Origin: Eledone cirrhosa
Taxonomy: Eukaryota
Length of the DNA stretch: 64,000 bases
Direction: 5' to 3'
Assembly (NCBI GenBank): GCA_964016885.1
Contig: OZ024741.1
Coordinates: forward strand, 54,746,001 to 54,810,000
In this document: positions 55,491-64,000 of the stretch, piece by piece
Numbering within the stretch: the first letter of the stretch is position 1
Layout: each line of letters begins with the position of its first letter
Notes under the pieces: model-generated
Told to the model about the DNA's origin: nothing
The model's input: the letters and a program-made list of their open reading frames with translations, nothing else
The model's database searches: none
Position numbers and translations under genes: made by a program

Positions 55491-56890
55491 CAGTGGCGGA
55501 TTTAACAGGTGGCGAAGGTGGCAAATGCCGACTGGGCCCCTGCCGACTGGGCCCCTGCCGACTGGGCGCTTGCAAAAAAAAAAAAATTGTAATTTGGGCG
55601 ATATCCAAAAATACCTCCCCCATGCCTAGGGCTAAATAACTTCGCTGTTCGCTGCTGATATGAGGCTAAATAACTTCGCTGCTGGCTGCTGAAATGAGGC
55701 TATTCCAACAAATTTACATTCCCTTTTTTTTAGCCGTTAAAAGAAATATAGATTTATTTATTTATTTGAAACGTTTTGGTTAGTTTCATTGTTTTGTTTT
55801 TTGGCGATATTTTTGTTAGTTTCTTGTTTTTTTTTTAGTTTCTTTTTGATTTATTCCTTGTGACTGAGTGCTTTGAACGTTCAACAGATAAATTGGAAGA
55901 ACTCAGATGCGATCACAAATTTGAACAATTTGTGGACCAGGCAAAGAAAGCCTGGAATGACGTGGGATTTGATGCATTTGAAACTGATTTTAAAATAACG
56001 CGAGTAAGGAGAAGAAAGATTATGGATGGTGAAGTTTGTGGTGTTGAAAGACTAGCTACTGCTTCAGATAGATATCGCACTGCAATTTATTTTCAATCAC
56101 TGGATAGTATGATTGGGGAGATGAGAGCCCGAACTGAAGGAATAAAAAAAATATCTTCAATCTTTGGATTTTTGAGTCCAAATCGACTGGCTAAATGCTC
56201 AGATGATGAACTAAAAACACATGTAGCAACATTGGTAGATAACTTTCCAAATGAATTCACACTGGAACTCAGAAATGAACTCTTTTCTTTCATTGGCCTC
56301 TACTTTTCACAGCCAAACGCAGCTTTAAAACAAAGTGGGGTTATGCCATATCTGAAATTTTTACTGAACAATGACTAGTGCGATGTCTTTCCCGAGTTTG
56401 AAATTCTGGTAAGGCTATTTCTCACTTTACCAATTGGCATAGCAAGTGCGAAACGCTCTTTCAGTGTTCTACGAAGAATTAAAAATTATCTTCGTTCAAC
56501 GATGGGCCAGGAGAGGCTATCCAGTTTTGCCCTGCTGGCAATTGAAAACAAAATTACTAAATCAGTAAACTTGGACCACGCTATAACTCATTTTTCAACT
56601 GTTAAAGCTCGCAGAGGTCTGCGCATGTAAAAGCAATTTGTGTAAAAGACTAACATATATACAACTTTGTTACTTTATTATTTGTTTACAGTACAGCACA
56701 TCTGTTTGTTTGTTTCAAATAAAGTGTACTTGTAATTTAATTGTCTTCTTAATGATTATTGGTAGCTAAATGGGAAATTAAAAAAAAAACTTTTTCAATA
56801 CTCGCTCGAAAAGAAGGTACTTTAATTTTCACTCTGGGACCTCCTTACTGACCAATGCCGACTGGGCCCTATTCCTTAAATCCGCCACTG
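55491..56890 (+). mobile_element. Internally deleted hAT DNA transposon
   Basis: 14-bp TIR CAGTGGCGGATTTA/TAAATCCGCCACTG, 8-bp TSD TACATACA, subterminal TGCCGACTGGGC repeats (3 left, 1 right). Confidence 0.93.
55860..56630 (+). pseudogene. hAT transposase C-terminal part with dimerisation domain; one in-frame stop at 56376
   Basis: Read-through gives FPEFEILVRLFLTLPIGIASAKRSFSVLRRIKNYLRSTMGQERLSSFALLAIE. Confidence 0.9.
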
Positions 56891-56950
56891 TACATACATA
56901 CATACATACATACATACATACATACATACATACATACATACATACATAAA

Positions 56951-57453
56951 TGGTGGCTGCCAACTCGTTTTCGAGTACGACCACTACTTTATATCCATGT
57001 AGGAGAACCCCTACCGATGCGCTGAACGAGTGTGACTTTTTAGTCTAGCCAGCGACTTGAAAACTCTGGTACAAACACTACACTTGTGACAATTATTGAC
57101 ACATAGTGCTGGGCCCATGGTACCATGTGACGACAAGTGCAGAGAGATCTCTAGATATAAAGCAATGCCTGTGCCGTGAAGCTTTTATAGTGAGCAAAGG
57201 CACTGCACAAAGCCAGTCCAACTCTCTTAACCAAGATGATATTTACCAAAAAGAAGAACAAGTCAACATCATTGGATACCATCAGGGTTGCAGATGTTAT
57301 AACAGAGTTTTCCTTCTCCTTGACAAAGACTAAGGGGTCATCTCTCCCGGTGATTTTGGATGGCCATTGACTCTTAAGAGCTCCTTTGCCCTTTGACAGG
57401 TTTTGTTTTTAGTCCTGCAGGATGTCCAAAGTCACCCTCCTCACCAAGAAACC

Positions 57454-57455
<2 letters not shown>
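56951..57455 (-). mobile_element. Truncated copy of the 590-bp (TATG)n-embedded element
   Basis: Reverse complement of ~16490-16983. Confidence 0.88.
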
Positions 57456-57484
<29 letters not shown>

Positions 57485-57500
57485 CATACATACATACATA

Positions 57501-58920
57501 CACCAACGTTTGGAATACTCAATTGGACGATAGACGAAATCCGAGCAGTTGATGCTGGAACTCGAAAAATACTGAACAACACCGGAAACTTCCACATCAA
57601 CACTGACATAGACCGCCTTTACTTGAAATGTAAGCAGGGGGGCAGAGGCCTAACATCAGTCCAAACAACATTTGAATATCGCATCATATCCCTCCGACAA
57701 CATCTACGAACCTAGAAGCGTAGGAGCCCGCTTCTCGAGCAAGTCTATCTGCATGAAACAGATAAGATCATGAGAGTTGGGAAGGAACTACTTGAGAGAT
57801 ATTGCCTGTGTGATAATCAAAAACTCACACCCAGGGATGTCGCTCAGCAGTAACGCAGTGAATCCATGGATGAAAAACTGCATGCCTATCAGCAAAAAAA
57901 TCATTTATGGATATGTTGCCAGGAAGCTCCAGAGTGAGAGTAATATAGATAAGGAAAATAGTCTATTTTGGACCAACAAACGCTATATTGGCTCCCACTT
58001 TGAAGGATACGCTTTTGCAATCCAGGAACAGGAGATTAGCACGAAATACCTGATTCACAAAAGAGATAGGGATGCAGGCAAAACACCAAGATGTGATAAC
58101 AAGTGCAGACTCTGCAGAACTAACATCGAGTATATCACCCATATCATCAGCAGCTGTCCAAAGATGTCATCGCGGTACTATCTACCTATGAGGCATGATG
58201 TAGTGGCCAAAACACTGTACAATGCAGTTCGTAAAAAAGATAGCCCCGATTATAAACACATTAAAATCTACAACAATGTTGAAGACATCCATGTACATAA
58301 TATGAAAGAGTACTGGTGGAATGTTCCAGTAAAAACCCCAATAAAATGCAGGCATAACAGACCAGATATTATGATATGGGACAGGGAGAAGAAAACATGC
58401 ACAGTAGTGGAAATTAGCTGCGCAACAGATGCCAATATAATATCAAAGATTAGTGAAAAGGAGAATATCAATGCAGAACTGATGAGAAATCTGCAGATAC
58501 TCCACCCTGATTACACCTTCAGATTTATGCCTGTGATTATTGGGGCACTGGGATATGTTAGTAACTGCCTCAATACAAATCTTGAGAAGCTAGGCTTCAC
58601 AGGAACAGAATAACACAACTAGTTACGAACTACAAGTACAATCCATTAATGGAACAGTAAAAATATGTAAAACATTCCAAAGGTTTTGTATCTAATAACT
58701 GCATATACACATGTACAGATACAAAGCATATACACATGCTCACATACAACTCAAAACATACACATCCCCACACACAATAACATCCATATCTACATATGCA
58801 TGCATACATCCATATCTACCTAGTTGATGTTGTGTAAATTCCAATGAGAGTCTTGTGTCTATGTTAGAAACCGACTCTCTCTCTATTGGTAAGATTTTGT
58901 GAAATTATCAAACCAGAACA
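57501..58920 (+). mobile_element. 5'-truncated R4/Dong-type retrotransposon (thumb, CCHC, restriction-like endonuclease, 3' UTR) in (TACA)n
   Basis: DIDRLYLK...GGRGL, CRLC...ITHIISSC, RHD, RPDIMIWD...VVEISC, PVIIGALG. Confidence 0.9.
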
Positions 58921-58936
58921 TGCATACATACATACA

Positions 58937-59546
58937 TGGTGGCTGCCAACTCGTTTTCGAGTACGGCCACTACTTTATATCCATGTAGGAGAACGCCTAC
59001 CGATGCGCTAAACAAGTGTGACTTTTTAGTCCAGCCAGCGACTTGAAAACTCTGGAAGAAACACTACACCTGTGACAATTATTGACACATAGTCATGGGC
59101 CCATGGCACCATGTGACGACAAGTGCAGAGAGATCTCCAGATATAAAGCAATGCCTGTGCCGTGAAGCTTTTATAGTGAGCAAAGGCACTTAACAAAGCC
59201 AGTCCCTCTCTCTTAATCAAGATGATATTTACCAAACAGAAGAACAAGTCAACATCATTGGATACCATCAAGGGTTGCAGGTGTTATATCAGAGTTTTCA
59301 CTCTCCTAGAATTCTGCCTTGACAAAGGCTAAGGGGTCATCTCTCCCGGTGATTTTGGATGGCCATTTACTCTTAAGAGCTCCTTTGCCCTTTGACAAGT
59401 TTTGTTTTTAGTCCTGCAGGATGTCCAAAGTCACCCTCCTCACTAAGAAACCTTGGTGGGGTTGCCAGTTTAGTCGCCGACGACCCGACCATGAGACAGG
59501 TTGTACTGGGATACATGTTACCAGTAGCACCAACTGGTGACCTGAC
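58937..59546 (-). mobile_element. Full copy of the 590-bp (TATG)n-embedded element
   Basis: Reverse complement of 16398-16983. Confidence 0.9.
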
Positions 59547-59640
59547 ATACATACATACATACATACATACATACATACATACATACATACATACATACAT
59601 ACATACATACATACATACATACATACATACATACATACAG

Positions 59641-60376
59641 ATCCCTCCGTTGGCTATATGAACAGAATGTAGCTATACTGGGACCAAATACATCCAGTAC
59701 TAAATCACTTCACAGCCAACAAGCTAACAAGCAACGTTTGTTGAATGTAAAAGTAGCATGAAGATTATTTATTGTAACATGCTATCAAGAACACGTGTTA
59801 CAGGCCGCCGTGTCACTAGACTTTCTAGCAGCCAGTTCTCTGCTTTTGAAATCCAAGAAATAGAAAATACCTGATTCACAAAAAAAGATTGTAATGCAGG
59901 CAAAACAGCTACACTTGACAACAAAAGCAGACTCTGCAGAATTAACAACGAAGATGTTACCCGTGTCATAAGCAGCTGTCCAAAGATGTCATCACGGTAC
60001 TATCTGCCTATGAAGCATGAAGCTGTGGTCAAAACACTATACAATGCAATCCGTAGAAAAGATAGCCTCGACAATAAACATATTAAAGGTTCAGCATAAT
60101 ATGAAATAGCACTGGTGGTATGTTCCAGTCAAAACACCTATGACATTCAAACATAAAAAGACCAGATATAATGATATGGGACAGGAGAAAGAAGGCATGG
60201 AGAGTAGTAGAAGTCAGCTGCCCATAGGATGCCAATATAATACCAAAGATTAGTGAAAAACAGAACATATATGCAGAAGAAATGAGAAATATCCAGATGC
60301 TCTAGCCGGACTATATCTTCAGATTTATAACCGTGATTATTGGGATTCTGAGATGTTACTAACTGCTTCAATACAA
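59641..60376 (+). mobile_element. Older R4/Dong-type fragment (CCHC and RLE)
   Basis: 59840-60376 aligns with 58010-58578. Confidence 0.8.
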
Positions 60377-60537
60377 AGGAAGGAAAACAGATTATATGGG
60401 ATAAGCGAACGAAAGCATCCATCTTCCTCGTCAGCTAATCTCTGTGAGATGCAATTTCTCCTTCCTTTTCTTGAAGAAATCGGTTGTCTTTAGACCTGGA
60501 CTACCATTTAATCATGTGTTACGGGTCCATACATTGC

Positions 60538-60621
<84 letters not shown>

Positions 60622-60863
60622 GGGGGGGGTGATCTTTAACCTAAATAGTAAAACAAATTAACGGAAAAGCATCAGATGAGTTAACAAAATAAATGAAAAT
60701 TTTCACACCAAACTTATTTACACAAACATAACCCACACGTACGTAAACAAATATACCCGTACAAAGAAACAGAAACTCATTCAGACAAACATATGTAATA
60801 TATATATACACACATATAATTACAGACATATGCGTTTATATATATATAGTTTTAATATAGATG

Positions 60864-60914
60864 AGATTCTACAGGACTAGAACTGTTTCATTCTTTAGAA
60901 ATCATCAGGAATCT
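60864..60914 (-). ncRNA. Type-I hammerhead motif
   Basis: AGATTC CTGATGA TTTCTAAAGAAT GAA ACAG TTCTAGTC CTGT A GAATCT: perfect 6-bp stem I, 4-bp stem III, GUA triplet. Confidence 0.8.
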
Positions 60915-61373
60915 GGCTTTCCAAAATGAATGTTGTGGTATTTATATATTTTCATATGGTAGGAGAGCGTGGGGAGTGGGATGGGTGGAGGTCATTGGTT
61001 GAAAGAAAAGGGAATTCATTAAAAGCTAATTCTTTAAGGCTATAATTTATATTTAGAGTGACAAAGGCAGAAAGAATTCTATAAACAAGTTCAGATTAGG
61101 GTGCCACTCCTTATTTTTAAGTTTCTCTTAAGCTAACAATGCCTTTCAGGTGTCTATAAGATGGTTGAGGTCGGTCATGATTGATGGATTTAAAGAAAAG
61201 GGAAATTCTTTAAAAGCTAATTCCTTAAAGCTCTACTTATGTGCCTGTGTATATGCGTATATTTATGAGTACATGTTTGCATGTATTTGTATGAGTGGCC
61301 GTTCGTTTGTATGCATATCGCTGTGTACGTGCGTTCATATATACCTGCATATGGGCATGTTTGTGTATGTTTG

Positions 61374-61408
<35 letters not shown>

Positions 61409-61445
61409 GTATATGTGTGTGTGTATATATATATATGTATATGTG

Positions 61446-61491
<46 letters not shown>

Positions 61492-61501
61492 TATATATAT
61501 A

Positions 61502-61637
<136 letters not shown>

Positions 61638-61670
61638 AAAGAACACAAGAGCGTTTACAACATCAAAAGA

Positions 61671-61731
61671 TTTTTATTGGCTTACAATGTTTCTTCCTTA
61701 CGTAACCGTAGGATTCGTCAGAGCTATAAAA
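61671..61731 (-). ncRNA. Type-I hammerhead motif
   Basis: TTTTTATAGCT CTGACGA ATCCTACGGTTACGTAAGGAA GAA ACATTGT A AGCCAATAAAAA. Confidence 0.7.
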
Positions 61732-62680
61732 GGGGTTTGATTGGTGTTATGGACTCTACCAACTAAACATTCAAGAACAAAGAGTAAAGAGAGTAAAGAG
61801 CAAAAGCAGGGGACAATAAATCTAATTTTGGTGCGGGAGGGTGGGGTGTGGGTCCTTGTTTACTAGCTGTGGTCATATTCATTCCCGGGAGTCGAGTGGT
61901 TAGTTGAGCCATAGATGGGGTGGCGTCGATAGTAGGGTGCAGAGGGTGTGCAGAGGCTACACATACACAAAGGGCATACAATATATATATAACGGAGGAG
62001 AAAGTACATGAGGTAATTAGAAATGGAAAAAGAGTAATAATAATAATCTATAATTAATAATGTTTAATAAGGCATGGGGAAGATTACACTATAATAAGGT
62101 ATAAAAGTAAGAATAAAGTAAAATATAAAGGAGGATAAAAGTGAAAATAAGAATAAAGATAAAAAAAATATATATATATAAATTAAAAAAATATATAGAG
62201 AATATATAAAGAAATATAAGCAAGTATTGGAAAGGGAAAAACACAATGTAAAAAAACCGATTTTTTTTCAAATAAAAAAATTATAAATATGGGGGGAGAA
62301 AACGGGATAGAGAAATATAATCAAATGTGATTAGTTGAGAGAATATAAGATGATAATAGTTATGTCAAGTTTATACATCTTAATAATAAATAATCTGTAT
62401 ATCAGAGTTACACATCCTTCAATTCACTTGCAGTTTCAACCCACGTGGCATAGTCCATTGTTCATCTGTGCGGTCATGTGCGTTTGTTTTTGACACCACA
62501 GCAGATGCACAAGTTCGTAAATTCCAATGCAGATAGAAATCTATTTTTGCTCACCCAGACGTTGACGGAGGATCCAATAAGTATATATATATATATATGT
62601 GTGTATGTATATATATATATATATTTGTATACATGTATGTTTGTGTGTGTGTATGTGGACCTCACAACATACCGTGGATA

Positions 62681-62757
<77 letters not shown>

Positions 62758-62770
62758 ATGTGTATATGTG

Positions 62771-62813
<43 letters not shown>

Positions 62814-62872
62814 ATATGTATATACATATTAATTCAAAATATTAACAAAATAGATATTCTTGTGATCAATTA

Positions 62873-62939
62873 TATTTTATTATACATATTTCAGAGATAC
62901 TGAGTTAAGTTCAACAGTACGTCCTCATCAGATAAAATA
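62873..62939 (-). ncRNA. Type-I hammerhead motif (family A-related)
   Basis: TATTTTAT CTGATGA GGACGTACTGTTGAACTTAACTCAGTATCTCT GAA ATATGTAT A ATAAAATA: perfect 8-bp stem I. Confidence 0.75.
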
Positions 62940-64000
62940 AGATGATGCCGACATACCCTGACATAGTAGATGGTTAAGATTCAGTCATGGTAGTGATTAA
63001 CCTATGACAAAACTCAATATTTATGCCCTAATATTGAGAATATGAGATAACATAATACAAACAATAGAGAGGGTGCGTGTAATAGAGCTTAAGAAATACA
63101 TGGCATCAATATAAGAGTTATCTATTTTTTATTTTTAAAAACTACTGGAGAAATAGGAGGGAAAGGAAAGCATAGAGGAAGAAACAGCTGATGTGATAAT
63201 ATATTTAGTAGGTGGCTTGAAAAAACAGATGAAAGATCATTAAAGAGAGAGAGAGACAAAGGGGAGTAATTTATGTTCAAGTTTATATACAGATTTCCAT
63301 ATATGCAACACATGTCCAAATTAATATAGTTGGCGGTTAATTTTCAAAATATTTAATTTAAGTTATTTCAGAGTAATGAATAATATTTTAAGTTTTAAAA
63401 GTTAATAGGTATTTGTATTAATATTATAATTATATTTAATTTCTAAAATTCAAATTTTATGAAAACAAATTTAAAGGATTTACGAAACACGAGAAAGAAA
63501 AAATATATATATAATGCTTTTATATCTTCACGAAGGTAATCTTTACCAAAATTATCTATAATATTGCCAACAGTTTATATAATATAATTTATAAAATAAT
63601 TATAGTTATAATTATTAAAGAATTTATTGTTAAATAGTTTGAGTGCCTAAAGTATCAACCGGCCTTATAACTAAACTTAAAAAATCCCGAATTTTTAACT
63701 ATATATATGTGTTGATCAAAAAATACGAAGATTATAGTTTATTATTTGTTTATAATTGAGGTGATACCTTTCAAATATATATAATATAATACAATAATGC
63801 AATAATGCAATATAATAAATAAGTTACTGAAAATATTGTTCAAAAATATATATAGTTAAAAAAATGTTGTTAAAAATATTGCTAAAGAATTAATATTTTA
63901 TATCAATTATTTTCATTTAGTTGATATATACTATAAAGATATGTCAAAACTATATGAGTCCTAATGATAGGGGCTAGATACAAAATAAATATGCAAATAA

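Noticed and set aside
55525-55695. Short direct repeats TGCCGACTGGGC and GGCTAAATAACTTCGCTG
   Set aside because: Ordinary hAT subterminal repeats with no unique spacers, so not a CRISPR array
60381-60437. CTGACGA plus an 11-bp stem on the minus strand
   Set aside because: No GAAA or stem III follows; at best a truncated ribozyme

Overview
AT-rich, microsatellite-saturated animal genomic DNA with no host protein-coding gene that I can support. The dominant tRNA-derived SINE resembles those of octopod cephalopods; this is recalled, not searched. The window is a nest of mobile elements: one near full-length but frameshifted Tx1/L1-clade LINE plus truncated copies sitting in (TCTA)n; R4/Dong-type RLE retrotransposon remnants in (TAA)n and (TACA)n; several Penelope-like elements (RT + GIY-YIG) with inverted 5' pieces; CR1/L2, RTE and CRE fragments; an internally deleted hAT transposon with TIRs and an 8-bp TSD; a Chapaev-like remnant; and about 10 SINE copies. 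The most notable hidden layer is RNA structure. Hand folding finds 11 minimal type-I hammerhead ribozyme motifs (CUGANGA...GAAA) from several unrelated sequence families. One lies in a ~430-bp tandem, retrozyme-like unit, and one family of five copies keeps its fold despite divergent stem II sequence. There are also about a dozen fold-back palindromes and a head-to-head pair of tRNA-like units with compensatory base changes. All folds and alignments were done by eye, and boundaries are approximate unless a TSD or TIR is quoted.
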